A stretch of 64,000 nt of DNA. It comes from Calditrichota bacterium (GTDB lineage: Bacteria; Calditrichota; Calditrichia; Calditrichales; J004). The DNA is taken from positions 4,752 to 68,751 of the forward strand of contig CAVRRG010000035.1 in NCBI GenBank assembly GCA_963723365.1, given 5' to 3'. The position numbers were made by a program, and so were the translations under genes. The notes under the pieces were generated by a model, which was not told the origin of the DNA, ran no database searches, and was given only the letters and a program-made list of their open reading frames with translations. This document shows positions 38,439 through 49,029 of the stretch, piece after piece; within the stretch, counting starts at the first letter, position 1, and each line of letters begins with the position of its first letter.

Positions 38439-40097
38439 TCAATTCCAGCTGATAGAGCGGATTGGCAATACGTCGATTGCTATTTCTTTTGTAAGTTCAA
38501 GAGAAGTTTTTAATTCTGGAGATTGAGTTGTCCATTTATCAAAAAAAGCCTGAACCTTTGCATTATCGCCGTCACCTTCAAGAATCAGTAATTCCGTGGC
38601 AAGATTTTTAACACCATTTTGAAAATTAGCAAAGTCTATAGACCATTTTTGAGTTTGCTGGTTATATAATATGCCACCATTAGCCAAAAGATAATTAAGC
38701 GATATTGCCGCTGCTTTGCCATGCGCCTGTTCAAGACCAAAACGAATGGATCTAAAAAGGCTGCCCAAGTAAGAGACATAAAATTCATTTGCTTTGTCTG
38801 CATCTTCAACACCCTTATCCATCAAATAAAAAAGAGAATATAGTCCTGTTATGTCTGCCTTTGCTTCTTCCAAAGGATTGTAATTGGGCCCGATAGAGGC
38901 ATTGGCAGCCATGCCCTTGTTTGGTCCGGTCTTTACGGTTCTTGGACCAATCGCGTGGCATATTTCATGCATCAAAACAAACTTAAAAAAACCGTCAGCA
39001 GATAAATATTGAAGCTGACTTGGATCAATTAATACATTACTGACAGGGGTAATGATAGCATTGAAGCGCGCTTCGAACATATTTTTCCAGAATGTCTTTT
39101 TTGTTCCTTTTTTGGCATGCACTTCGGGATCATTTGGAAGATTAGTGGCTACAGCCTGATAACCCACACCGCCTTCACCCTTGCGGATAATATCCCTAAC
39201 AACTGTGAAATTGGCAGTAAGACCTTTAACAACAGATTTATATTCATCCGGAATGGGAAGATTTTCTTCCATTTCTTTCAGGTACTTTGTGTATTTTTTT
39301 AGATCTGCAGATCCCTCTTTATCCACGATTTCGATATAGGCCTCATACTTTGCTTTAATGCCTTTAATCCCATCCGAATATGTTTCAAAAGGACCGAAAA
39401 CAATGTCAAATTTAGAATCTTTCATGTCTATCCAGGCAACATCAGCGTCAAAATAATTATCTGTTTCCAGGGCATCTGCTTTAAGTTTTAAAAATACAGC
39501 AAATGTTTCGTTTTCGGATAGATCGGCAGCTTCTCTGAGTAATCGGGTTATAGGTTTAATATACTTTGCATATTCGACATGATATCTTACTGCTTTGTAT
39601 CCACCCTGGCCATCCTCGCGGATCACCGTATATGGGTACATAAATTCTGCCCGATCATCTTCTGATAATGTGGCGACATATTCATCAAATTGTTTAGCAC
39701 TCATCCCTCTGGGATAAATTTCATGCCCGGCATAATATTGCTGATTTCCCATAAATGGGATATTGTTATTAAGCAATTCGAATGGCCCGCAATTGCGATT
39801 TACCAATGTCAACAAATCCGCTGCGCTCTTATCCCCTTTTATTTGCTCCAGACTATCGCGCAGATGAAGCCCATATTTTGATGTTTGAACCCAATGCAGA
39901 GTATCTATGTAATCAGCAGCCTTTAACAGTAATTTTAAAATAGCTTTGTCATTATCACTATAAACGGATCCGTCAAAATGCATTTCGTATGGCTGGTATT
40001 GAGACAAATAAGTTGCGATTTGTGCATCTTGTTCAGATTGTTTTTGCTGACATGCTGTTGCAAGAACAAATGTTAAAAGAAAAATAATGCTCTTCAT
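38439..40097 (-). CDS. Zn-metallopeptidase, DPP III (M49)-like lipoprotein
   Basis: Lipobox ATAC, plus HEICH and EEAKAD motifs spaced as in the pentapeptide-type M49 relatives. Confidence 0.65.
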   Translation of the reverse strand: MKSIIFLLTFVLATACQQKQSEQDAQIATYLSQYQPYEMHFDGSVYSDNDKAILKLLLKAADYIDTLHWVQTSKYGLHLRDSLEQIKGDKSAADLLTLVNRNCGPFELLNNNIPFMGNQQYYAGHEIYPRGMSAKQFDEYVATLSEDDRAEFMYPYTVIREDGQGGYKAVRYHVEYAKYIKPITRLLREAADLSENETFAVFLKLKADALETDNYFDADVAWIDMKDSKFDIVFGPFETYSDGIKGIKAKYEAYIEIVDKEGSADLKKYTKYLKEMEENLPIPDEYKSVVKGLTANFTVVRDIIRKGEGGVGYQAVATNLPNDPEVHAKKGTKKTFWKNMFEARFNAIITPVSNVLIDPSQLQYLSADGFFKFVLMHEICHAIGPRTVKTGPNKGMAANASIGPNYNPLEEAKADITGLYSLFYLMDKGVEDADKANEFYVSYLGSLFRSIRFGLEQAHGKAAAISLNYLLANGGILYNQQTQKWSIDFANFQNGVKNLATELLILEGDGDNAKVQAFFDKWTTQSPELKTSLELTKEIAIDVLPIRSISWN

Positions 40098-40225
40098 TGG
40101 ACTTCCTTTGTTTTAATTTAGTTCAAAGAGTTAAAATTAGATTATTCACACAGACAATTCAATTTACAAAGTTCATTTTAAATAATACAACGGGAGAGGT
40201 TTTTGGTATTTGTTAAAACAACGTA

Positions 40226-41692
40226 TTAAAGTGCTGCAAATTTTTGCAATGCTTTTCTTCTAATCAACCAGAAGCCATAATCATTTACCGCATTAAAGTG
40301 GGCAGCTTTATAGTATAGTTCTTTAGCTTTTTCTGTTCTGCCAAGGCCTTCATTAATTAATGCCATGTAATATATATTCAAGGCATTTTGCTGGTTAGAC
40401 TTTTCAAAATACAACAAGGCATTATTTAGATCATTTTGAGAGAGAGCGAGCAAACCTTTTATTCTGTAATTACGCATTTTTAGAAATTGATTGTCTATTT
40501 GTGTTGATAAATTTTGATGAATATTTGAAAAATAGTAAGCGGAATCAATATCTCCCATCCGCAGAGCAACAGAAAACCTATTAAAAGCATAATATAATTC
40601 ACTGTTTTCTTTTATTGTTTTATCAAGTTTAGAATTCCTGACGAGCTGAATACTTTCTTTAAACTGATCAAGAGCTTCATCATATTGTTCAAATTCTAAT
40701 AGCACCAATCCTTTTAAATTTATTTCACCCGCTATAGCTGTTGTGTCTTCAATACCCTTATCCAGTTTTATAATTTCATCAATTGATTTTAAGGCTAAAT
40801 CGAGATTGGCTTCATCAACATAGGTCAGAGCAGTAGAATAGAATCCCAGGCGTTTATTACTGGCATTAATTGCTTTATCAATCAGAATCTGAAGTTTATC
40901 CCTGGCTTCTTCATACTGGCCAAGTAGAACTAAATTTGCTGCTATTCCGCTATAAGACATCTGGAAACTTGGATCTACAGCCAAAGCTTTTTTATAATAT
41001 TTTATGGATTCATCATATTTTCCAATTTTTAACAGCAGTTCAGCGTACGAGTCATATGGATTTGCTTCATCAGGTATTAGCTTTATATACTTCTTTAAAG
41101 CTTCCTGCGCTTCATCGTATCTTCCGAGAGTGCGATAAGCATATCCTATAATGTTGTAGGAAGGAGAAAAGCCGGGGTTAATAGCAATTGCTTTTTTATA
41201 AGAAGCAATACTCTTTTCATATTCCTGCAATCCAAAATAATAGCTCTGACCTAAAAGAGCGTGTGCTCTTTCATCGTTAGGATATTTATTAACTAGTTCC
41301 TGATAGTACTCATTTTGTTTTTTTTGCAGACCATCCCTGCCGGCTTCAATAGCCAGAATCCACAATTTTTCTCCCTCAGAAACATTGTTAATTTGGGCTT
41401 TGGCTTTTTTGAAATATTCAAAATTCTTTTGAGTAGATGAAGAAGAAGTTGCTAATCCTAAATAGGCCAAAGCAAATGATGAATCTAAAACTATCGCTGT
41501 TTCAAAATGATTACGAGCTTCATGCATTAAAAGTTTGTCTGCATATTCCAACCCGATTTTATAATATTTAAGGGCTTCCTTTGAATTTGTTGTAACCGGG
41601 ATCTTTTGGCTAACATTGCAGGAACTGGTAATTATATAAAAACTGCTGATTGTTAATAAAATAAGACATTTTTTTTTAGCACTAAGAATCAT
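40226..41692 (-). CDS. TPR-repeat lipoprotein
   Basis: Lipobox TSSC and many TPR units (AIAINPGFSPSYNIIGYAY, ALAVDPSF, and others). Confidence 0.75.
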   Translation of the reverse strand: MILSAKKKCLILLTISSFYIITSSCNVSQKIPVTTNSKEALKYYKIGLEYADKLLMHEARNHFETAIVLDSSFALAYLGLATSSSSTQKNFEYFKKAKAQINNVSEGEKLWILAIEAGRDGLQKKQNEYYQELVNKYPNDERAHALLGQSYYFGLQEYEKSIASYKKAIAINPGFSPSYNIIGYAYRTLGRYDEAQEALKKYIKLIPDEANPYDSYAELLLKIGKYDESIKYYKKALAVDPSFQMSYSGIAANLVLLGQYEEARDKLQILIDKAINASNKRLGFYSTALTYVDEANLDLALKSIDEIIKLDKGIEDTTAIAGEINLKGLVLLEFEQYDEALDQFKESIQLVRNSKLDKTIKENSELYYAFNRFSVALRMGDIDSAYYFSNIHQNLSTQIDNQFLKMRNYRIKGLLALSQNDLNNALLYFEKSNQQNALNIYYMALINEGLGRTEKAKELYYKAAHFNAVNDYGFWLIRRKALQKFAAL

Positions 41693-41929
41693 TTTTCATA
41701 CCTTTTGTAATGCATAAAATTTAACGCAGTATTTCATTAAAAGTTTTAAAATTAATTTTTCCCAGGAAGATTAATATACTTATAAAAAGTTTAATAATTA
41801 ATTCTGAATCGCCGAGGCCACATCATTGGCCTTTATTAATTTTTATTGCGGAATCCTAATAAAAATAACTTCTTGCAACCTTGTTTTAATAGTGTTTAAT
41901 GAGCTGTTCTTAATGCTTAAAATTTCATT

Positions 41930-42787
41930 TCAGGATATTTGGTCAATAAATTCAGGGCTTAAAATCCCCTCTGCAATTTGTTCAACCTCACCTGTCATTT
42001 CAATATTCCAGCCATCATCAATGGAAACGTGCAGAATTCCACCGGGCATTCGTATTGAAATATTACTCTCAACGAGCCCCTTCTTTTTTAACACACAGGC
42101 TACGGCACAAGAAGAGCTGCCTGATGCATTTGTAAAACCGGCACCTCGTTCCCAGATTAAAATTTCAGCTTCTGTACGCGAGAGCGGATTAACAAATTGA
42201 ACATTAATCTTGTTGGGAAAAAGTACATTGTTTTCTATCAATGGACCAAATTGTTTTATTTCATTTTGATCTAATTTGTCCCTTAAAATTACGCAATGCG
42301 GATTGCCAACAGATACACAATTTATCTTAAAAATTGTACCCTTGATCTCTAATGGTTGATCAATACACTCATTCTGTTTTAGTTCTATAGGAATTTCGGA
42401 ACATTGAAACGATGCCTGCCCCATTTCAATTTTTATAATTTTTGCTTTATCCTTCTGCTTTTTAATAATTACCGCCCGAACTATCCCGCCTTTGGTTTCA
42501 ATAGAAAAATCTGTTTTTGTTGAGTGACTATAATCAAAAAGATATTTGGCGAATATGCGCAGACCATTGCCGCTTTTTTCGGCTTCACTGCCATCGGGAT
42601 TAAATATCCGTAACCCAAAATCTGCATTCTGGGAAGGTACTTTTAAAAGGATACCGTCAGAACCTATGCCATAATGCACATTGCATATTTTTTGTACGGT
42701 CGTTTTTGTCAGTTTAAAAGAGGTAGTCTGAGCATCAAAAACTATATATTCATTGCCCAAACCATGGGACTTAATAAATTGATTCAT
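41930..42787 (-). CDS. dapF: Diaminopimelate epimerase
   Basis: Shows KSHGLGNEYIVFD, SVGNPHCVIL and ERGAGFTNASGSSSCA, with both catalytic Cys present. Confidence 0.9.
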   Translation of the reverse strand: MNQFIKSHGLGNEYIVFDAQTTSFKLTKTTVQKICNVHYGIGSDGILLKVPSQNADFGLRIFNPDGSEAEKSGNGLRIFAKYLFDYSHSTKTDFSIETKGGIVRAVIIKKQKDKAKIIKIEMGQASFQCSEIPIELKQNECIDQPLEIKGTIFKINCVSVGNPHCVILRDKLDQNEIKQFGPLIENNVLFPNKINVQFVNPLSRTEAEILIWERGAGFTNASGSSSCAVACVLKKKGLVESNISIRMPGGILHVSIDDGWNIEMTGEVEQIAEGILSPEFIDQIS

Positions 42788-42845
42788 AATGCTATGAGAG
42801 AATTCATTTTTTAAAAATTACTATATATTATAAAGGATAAAAATA

Positions 42846-44066
42846 TTATATAGCTATGGCTATCTTTTTTTGTTTTATCCAGATGATGATTACAGCGAAT
42901 TGAATGAAAATAAAAGGCAGATTGATTAATAACATAAGTTCCCAACCAAGAGCAAAAACAATCCATCCGGCGGAGAGTGAAGCAATGGCCTGTGCACCAA
43001 ATATGGCAAATTCATTCAAAGCCTGAACTTTAAAACGTTCAGCAGGGTTATAAGATTGCGGCAATAAAGTAGTGCCTCCAATAAACAGGAAATTCCAACC
43101 AACACCCAGCAGAATTAAAGAAACCCAATAATTAAAAAAACTATGACCGGCAAAGGCAATGGCTATACATATTATATTCGCAAGTAACCCTATCATCATC
43201 ATTTTAGAAATGCCCAGTCTTTCAATTATCCAGGCAGCAATTAAGGATGGAACATACATGGCCAAAATATGGCTTTGTATTACCCACTTTGTATCTTGAA
43301 GCGAATGACCATCGATTACATGCATACTCACTGGGGTAGCTGTCATGATAAAGGCCATTACAGCGTACCCGATGGCAGCGCTGGATACAGCTACCCAAAA
43401 TACGTATTGTTTTGAGATTTCTTTAATTGGCCTTTGTTTTTCAGTTATTAATTCTTCTTCTATGAGTGGGTTTTTAAAGAAAAGTAATACGATAAAACCC
43501 AAAAGGAACAGGCCAGCTAATAAAATAAATGAACCTGAGAAGTCGCTGCTTAATAGATTGCGACCCAGCAAAGCTGTTTCCGGACCGATAAAAGCTGCTG
43601 CAATTCCACCCAATAGCACATGCGAGGCAGCTTTTGGGATCAATTTAACCGATACACTTTCCATGGCAGCAAATCGAAACTGCATAACGCAGGATGTAGT
43701 AACACCAAATAAAAAAGCGCTGAAACAAAACATATAGAACGATTTAACAGCAATTGAATAGGAAGCGAATAGCGCAACACATATGGAATAAATTATTATT
43801 ATAAGAAATGATTGTTTACGGCCAATCTTTTTCATCAGCATGGTCACAAAAACCGTAAAACTTGCTGTTCCAATGATAAGGCTCGCTACCGGAAGGGTTG
43901 CCAGTGTTTTTGCCGGAGCTAAAGAACTTCCGACTATTCCTCCTACAAAAACGACAACAGAACCCACAGACATTAGCAGTGCCTGTGCGATAGTCAGTAG
44001 CCATACATTTAGGGGAAGTTGTCGCATACTTCTCCATTTATTTTGGAAAATGGAGAAATTAAGCAC
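42846..44066 (-). CDS. MFS transporter
   Basis: 406 aa with about 12 TM helices. The start may be the internal ATG at 44027. Confidence 0.75.
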   Translation of the reverse strand: MLNFSIFQNKWRSMRQLPLNVWLLTIAQALLMSVGSVVVFVGGIVGSSLAPAKTLATLPVASLIIGTASFTVFVTMLMKKIGRKQSFLIIIIYSICVALFASYSIAVKSFYMFCFSAFLFGVTTSCVMQFRFAAMESVSVKLIPKAASHVLLGGIAAAFIGPETALLGRNLLSSDFSGSFILLAGLFLLGFIVLLFFKNPLIEEELITEKQRPIKEISKQYVFWVAVSSAAIGYAVMAFIMTATPVSMHVIDGHSLQDTKWVIQSHILAMYVPSLIAAWIIERLGISKMMMIGLLANIICIAIAFAGHSFFNYWVSLILLGVGWNFLFIGGTTLLPQSYNPAERFKVQALNEFAIFGAQAIASLSAGWIVFALGWELMLLINLPFIFIQFAVIIIWIKQKKIAIAI

Positions 44067-44074
44067 GCTTTTGT

Positions 44075-44890
44075 TTAAAAGCTATCTGTTAATATTTTTC
44101 GTAATTCCAGTCTGTATTGCGGATTATCATTCATCCCATTGTGCTGTTGGCCTTTTAAAGTAATAAAGCGGTCGCCGGGTTTAAGATGTTTTTGCAGCTT
44201 TGTTGAAGAACCGTAATAAATAACCTCATCCTGATCGCCATGAAATAGATAAACAGGTACTTGAACCTTATCTAAATAGCTGTACGTCTCAAATTTATAT
44301 TTCACTAAAAAATCCGGTAAAAATGGGTAAATAGTGTCTTTTAAATCAATAAAACTATAATAGGGTGCCTGCAAGATCAACATGCGCGGCTTGTTTTCAG
44401 CAGCAAGCTTTGCTGCCGGGCAGGTTCCAAGACTATATCCGATTATTATAATTGCACCCTCGTCATAGATTTTTTTCATATGATTAAAAGAAATTTGTAT
44501 GTCATTCAAAAATTGTTTTTCGTTATTGATTTGACCGTCACTTTTTCCATAACCGCGATAGTCCAGAATAAAAAAATCATAATCCAGATTCAGATATGTT
44601 TGATAAGACCATCCCCAGGAATCAAGAGCGCCGGCATTACCATGAAGATAAAATATCAAGCCTTTTGAGCTATCCGACTTTTTGAATAACAAACCATGAA
44701 GATTGGTTTCACTATCCGCAGGAATAATAATTTCTTCAAAAGCATGATCAAAAAGAAATGTATAATCCGCCGCTAATTTTTTAGGGTAGAAAATGATATT
44801 TTCCTGATTCATAAACATAAAGCCGCATCCAAATATATACAGAATGACAAAAAAGCCAGCTATTTTTAACGATTTAAAAAAAATATTCAA
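44075..44890 (-). CDS. Alpha/beta hydrolase
   Basis: HGNAG oxyanion motif, GYSLG nucleophile elbow, and C-terminal D and H residues. Confidence 0.75.
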   Translation of the reverse strand: MNIFFKSLKIAGFFVILYIFGCGFMFMNQENIIFYPKKLAADYTFLFDHAFEEIIIPADSETNLHGLLFKKSDSSKGLIFYLHGNAGALDSWGWSYQTYLNLDYDFFILDYRGYGKSDGQINNEKQFLNDIQISFNHMKKIYDEGAIIIIGYSLGTCPAAKLAAENKPRMLILQAPYYSFIDLKDTIYPFLPDFLVKYKFETYSYLDKVQVPVYLFHGDQDEVIYYGSSTKLQKHLKPGDRFITLKGQQHNGMNDNPQYRLELRKILTDSF

Positions 44891-44901
44891 ATAATCTCCA
44901 T

Positions 44902-45501
44902 CTACCAGCCATCTTCTTTGATAAAGGAAACCGGTTCATATTTTTCAAGAATGGTAAATTCTTCAATATACATTGCCCAAATCATCTCTTCCTGTCTTTT
45001 ACCATTATCTTCTTTGGCAAATACCTTTTTTATGCTCTCGATCTTGTAGTTAAGTTTTTTGGGTATCTGATGGCTGGCTATATTTTTAGGACTTATGTAC
45101 AGGACTAATTTATCAATAGCGATGTGCTTAAATCCTAATTTTGTTAACGCATATGTACATTCTGTGCCATAACCTTTTCCGCTCTCTTGCTGATCTATAA
45201 AATAGCCAATTTCCAGTATATCTTTTCCTCGTCTGTCAAACATATTGCAAAATCCAATAAGTTTTTCTTTAATAAAAACACCATAGCTGTAAGTCTGATC
45301 AAGTAAGAACTGGCCGTTCCATTCGCGAATTTTTTCTTTCTTCTTTTTTATACTTTGCGGTTCCTTATCTGCCCACGGAATCCAGGGCAGCATATAATCT
45401 TTATTTCTGGCCAGCATTGCCTGGAATTCAGGAGCATCTGATATTTTAAATTTGCGAAGTGCAATACGGGGTGTTGTTATCTCTTTAATTATATTATTCA
45501 A
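44902..45501 (-). CDS. GNAT N-acetyltransferase (RimJ/RimL-like)
   Basis: Contains RIALRKFKISDA...GKGYGTE...NIASHQIPKKLNY. Confidence 0.8.
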   Translation of the reverse strand: MNNIIKEITTPRIALRKFKISDAPEFQAMLARNKDYMLPWIPWADKEPQSIKKKKEKIREWNGQFLLDQTYSYGVFIKEKLIGFCNMFDRRGKDILEIGYFIDQQESGKGYGTECTYALTKLGFKHIAIDKLVLYISPKNIASHQIPKKLNYKIESIKKVFAKEDNGKRQEEMIWAMYIEEFTILEKYEPVSFIKEDGW

Positions 45502-46411
45502 TTTTTTTTGATTTTCTTTTATTGATTATGAAAACTGCTATCATTGCCAAAATTCCGCCAATAATTGTATGTATATAAATTATTTCTCCAAGAAATATAA
45601 ATGAAGAAAGAGCAGCAGAAAAGGGCACCAGGAAAATAAAACTACTTGCTTTTTCAGCACCTATACGGGTGGTTGCAAAAAAATAAAACGATGTGGCCAA
45701 AGCTGCGGCTCCTGTTCCAAAGTAAATCATTACCGACCAAAAAAAGGCATCACCATTTACAATAATATTTTTGACCTCTGTTAAATCACCTACTATTATG
45801 AAACACAATAAAGTAATAAGGAACATCCAAAAACTAAAAGCTAAAGAAGTTCCATAATAACCTGCTCTTGATGTAAATTTGCTTGTTACTGCCCAAATGA
45901 AAGCCCCTGTTAAAAAATACATATTTCCAAACTTAAATATTTCATCAAAGCTGCTCCATAGGTTCAAGAGGAAGATACCCGCAATTACACCGATAAACAG
46001 TCCAATAATTTCTCTTTTTACAGGAATTTGTTTACTTATTATTAAACCAATTAAATACGCAAAAATTGGATTCGTAGAGGTTACCAAAACACCACCAGAA
46101 CCCGCAAAACCTTGTTGCAGGCCCGTTAAGAATAAAATGGTATACAAAGCCAGGAAAATACCCGAGACGACTAAAAGCCACAGTCCTTTAAGGTTTATTC
46201 TTAAATCTATTTTAAAAAGTAATACTATGATAAGCATACTTAAAAAAATTATTATGTAGCGAAGTAGGGCAATGCTTTCCGCACTGCCATAAGCAGATAC
46301 TATTTTCCCTGCTGGCCAGCCTAAACCCCACAAAAACATGGCCGTTATAATTCCAATAATCAACCATCTTTTTTCATGGTTCTTAAAATATTTTTTAATT
46401 TTATTCTTCAT
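45494..46411 (-). CDS. EamA/DMT-family transporter
   Basis: 305 aa with 10 TM helices in two EamA-like halves. Overlaps the GNAT gene by 8 nt. Confidence 0.8.
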   Translation of the reverse strand: MKNKIKKYFKNHEKRWLIIGIITAMFLWGLGWPAGKIVSAYGSAESIALLRYIIIFLSMLIIVLLFKIDLRINLKGLWLLVVSGIFLALYTILFLTGLQQGFAGSGGVLVTSTNPIFAYLIGLIISKQIPVKREIIGLFIGVIAGIFLLNLWSSFDEIFKFGNMYFLTGAFIWAVTSKFTSRAGYYGTSLAFSFWMFLITLLCFIIVGDLTEVKNIIVNGDAFFWSVMIYFGTGAAALATSFYFFATTRIGAEKASSFIFLVPFSAALSSFIFLGEIIYIHTIIGGILAMIAVFIINKRKSKKIE

Positions 46412-46665
46412 GATGCATGCATTCAGAGGCTATAAGATGTGATAAGAAAGGAAAGTAAATGATTTATTTAATCCTTTCCATTATTTAAAGAAAAATTAAT
46501 TTTTTAGCAGTTTGCTCCGAATTTTTTCTAAAAACACAGTAAATGTTGTTTTTACAAGGTTCTAAGGCTTTATGGACACTTTAAATATATAATTATTGTT
46601 TTAAAATAATATTACGATATAATACTTTAAACAAGCAGTTGAATAGAAAGATTTAAGGGTATGCG

Positions 46666-47073
46666 ATGGATGATGTTAAAGACAGACGTTCCTATGAAAG
46701 GTTAAAAATACCAGGCATGAAGGCAGCGTTGGTTTCCCAGTTTTTACTTAATTTACTGAGCATTAAATTGTTTTCTATCTTTGCTTATATCTTAATGAAG
46801 CAAAACCTGTTAATAAACATTTCTGTAAATGGCGCTTGTATTCAAAGCAAAAATAGATTTAACACGGGCGACCCTGTTCATTTGATTATTTCTTTACCCG
46901 GAGATAAGAAGATTCCCGTTAAAGGCAATGTAAGATGGACTTATCAAAATGAAGACAACAGCCATTTTGCGGGAGTACAGTTTTTGGCCTTCAGCAAGGG
47001 TAAAAGTTATAATTCCAAAGATAGGTTAAAACTATTAAATAATTACATCCCGCCGCAACAGGAAGAAAATTAG
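46666..47073 (+). CDS. PilZ-domain protein
   Basis: An RRSYERLKI (RxxxR) motif and an NISVNGACI (D/NxSxxG) motif are separated by an unusually long hydrophobic segment. Confidence 0.65.
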   Translation: MDDVKDRRSYERLKIPGMKAALVSQFLLNLLSIKLFSIFAYILMKQNLLINISVNGACIQSKNRFNTGDPVHLIISLPGDKKIPVKGNVRWTYQNEDNSHFAGVQFLAFSKGKSYNSKDRLKLLNNYIPPQQEEN

Positions 47074-47085
47074 TTAATCAATTCT

Positions 47086-48906
47086 TCAATTTTTTATTGG
47101 TCGATCCAAAATCTCCCGGATTCTTTTTGACAATGCCCCCACGGTATATGGCTTAGCAAGAAAGTTTATATCTTTATCCAGCTCTCCTTTATCAACAATG
47201 TGTTCTTCGGTATACCCAGAGACAAATAATACACTGATTTCAGGATTAATTTCTTGTACTTTTTCAGATAGCTCCTTGCCATTCATAACAGGCATAATCA
47301 GATCTGTAATTAATAAATCGGTATGATTATCCTGAGCGTTGATAATTTCAAGAGCCTGCTGGCCATTTTCTGCAATTTTAACTTTGTATCCCAATTCTGA
47401 TAGGGCGGAATGAGCAAATTTTGCTACATCCTTGTCATCTTCAACGAGTAACAAAGATTCCTGACCGGAAAGAATTTCGTTAGGAGGATCTTTTTTATGA
47501 ATAGTTACGGCAGAACCCTCAGCTGCCGGCCAGAAAATTTTAAACGTTGTTCCTGAGTCCTGTTCGCTGTAGACATATATATTTCCGCCATTTTGTTTAA
47601 CAATACCATATACCGTTGCCAAACCTAAACCAGTACCTTTTCCCTTCTCTTTTGTGGTAAAGAAAGGCTCAAAAATTTTGTCCTGAACTTCTCTCGACAT
47701 ACCGATGCCGTTATCGCTTATAGTTATAATTATATGTTGTCCAATTTTACTTTCTATATGGGATTCTGTAAATGTCTTATCCAGATACTGTTGATCTGTG
47801 GTAATAGTTATTTTCTTCTCAGATGCTTTCTGGGTTTTCAAGTTTATGGCATCACGGGCATTGACAAACAGGTTTATTAGAATTTGTTCAATTTGCACCG
47901 GATCAGCTTTAACAGGAGGTAAATCGGATGTTAGTTTTTCTTCTATACGTATATCTTCACCGATTAAACTTTGTACCATTTTGTTTGAATCAGCTATTAT
48001 CTTATTAATATCTGTAATTTTTGGCTGATAAATTTGTTTTCTACTGAAGGTTAATATTTGATTTGTTAAATTTTCTGCTCTCTCAGCAGCCTGGCGCACC
48101 TCAAGAATATTTTTATACACTGTATCTTTCTTGTTTTTCATTTTCATCAAAGCGATATCAGAATAACCCATAATAACTGTAAGCAGGTTGTTAAAATCGT
48201 GAGCGATACCTCCTGCTAAAGTTCCAATAGAATCGAGTTTTTGGGTCTGATCCAACTGTCTTTGCAGTTGCATGCGCTGAAAAATCTGGTCATTCAATTC
48301 TTTATTAATTGCAGACAGTTCTTTATTCCTTTTCATAATGGATTTCGTTCGCAGTTTATATAATCCATATAAAATAAATAGTATAATAAAACTCATTGCT
48401 AGCCTGAAGGGCAGAGTGGACCATATGGGAGGCGTTATAATAATTTCTAGCGAACTTTTTAACTCTTCTTTAAGTGTTTTGTTTTTTGCAGCTTTTACAG
48501 TAAAAATATATCTGCCCGGTTCAATATTTGTGTAACGGATTGAATTATTTTCACCCGCATTTTGCCAGCCCTTATCAAATCCGATTAATAAATAGGAATA
48601 GACAATTTTTTCAAGACCCTTATAGTTTTGGGTAGTAAACGAAATACTAAAAGCATATTGTTGATAAGATAATTCAATTTTTTGGGCTTGTGAAATATGC
48701 TGCTTCAGTGGTTCGTTGGGGCCAACTTTAACGGGTTCTCCAAAGACTGTCAGATTTGTGAAAACTATTTTTGGACTTTTATTATTTTCAAAATTGTCAG
48801 AAGACTTTTGTGCGAAAGCAGCTGCATAAAAATTAAATAATAGAAAAAGGATGCTTAATAATGGAATTTTTTTTTGCCTATATCCATAGGAACAGATTCT
48901 ATTCAA
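47086..48906 (-). CDS. Hybrid sensor histidine kinase / response regulator with periplasmic Y_Y_Y domain
   Basis: The Y_Y_Y motif reads SIRYTNIEPGRYIFTVKA. It is followed by a TM helix, the H-box HDFNNLLTVI, N/G boxes (GTGLGL) and a C-terminal receiver (LITDLIMPVMNG). Confidence 0.85.
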   Translation of the reverse strand: MNRICSYGYRQKKIPLLSILFLLFNFYAAAFAQKSSDNFENNKSPKIVFTNLTVFGEPVKVGPNEPLKQHISQAQKIELSYQQYAFSISFTTQNYKGLEKIVYSYLLIGFDKGWQNAGENNSIRYTNIEPGRYIFTVKAAKNKTLKEELKSSLEIIITPPIWSTLPFRLAMSFIILFILYGLYKLRTKSIMKRNKELSAINKELNDQIFQRMQLQRQLDQTQKLDSIGTLAGGIAHDFNNLLTVIMGYSDIALMKMKNKKDTVYKNILEVRQAAERAENLTNQILTFSRKQIYQPKITDINKIIADSNKMVQSLIGEDIRIEEKLTSDLPPVKADPVQIEQILINLFVNARDAINLKTQKASEKKITITTDQQYLDKTFTESHIESKIGQHIIITISDNGIGMSREVQDKIFEPFFTTKEKGKGTGLGLATVYGIVKQNGGNIYVYSEQDSGTTFKIFWPAAEGSAVTIHKKDPPNEILSGQESLLLVEDDKDVAKFAHSALSELGYKVKIAENGQQALEIINAQDNHTDLLITDLIMPVMNGKELSEKVQEINPEISVLFVSGYTEEHIVDKGELDKDINFLAKPYTVGALSKRIREILDRPIKN

Positions 48907-49029
48907 AATAATAATCCTAAAGCCCTTTTAGCTAAAATATCTTGTACGTTTAGCAAAACTAATAAATTTCCTCATTTATTAAAAAAAATGCTCAGCAGAC
49001 AGTTACGCAGAAGCATGTTTGACAAGCCT

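Noticed and set aside
41815-41832. AGGCCA-CATCAT-TGGCCT hairpin followed by T-rich sequence on the plus strand, downstream of dapF.
   Set aside because: The stem is only 6 bp. Its T-tract is on the plus strand while the flanking genes are on the minus strand, so it does not work as a dapF terminator.
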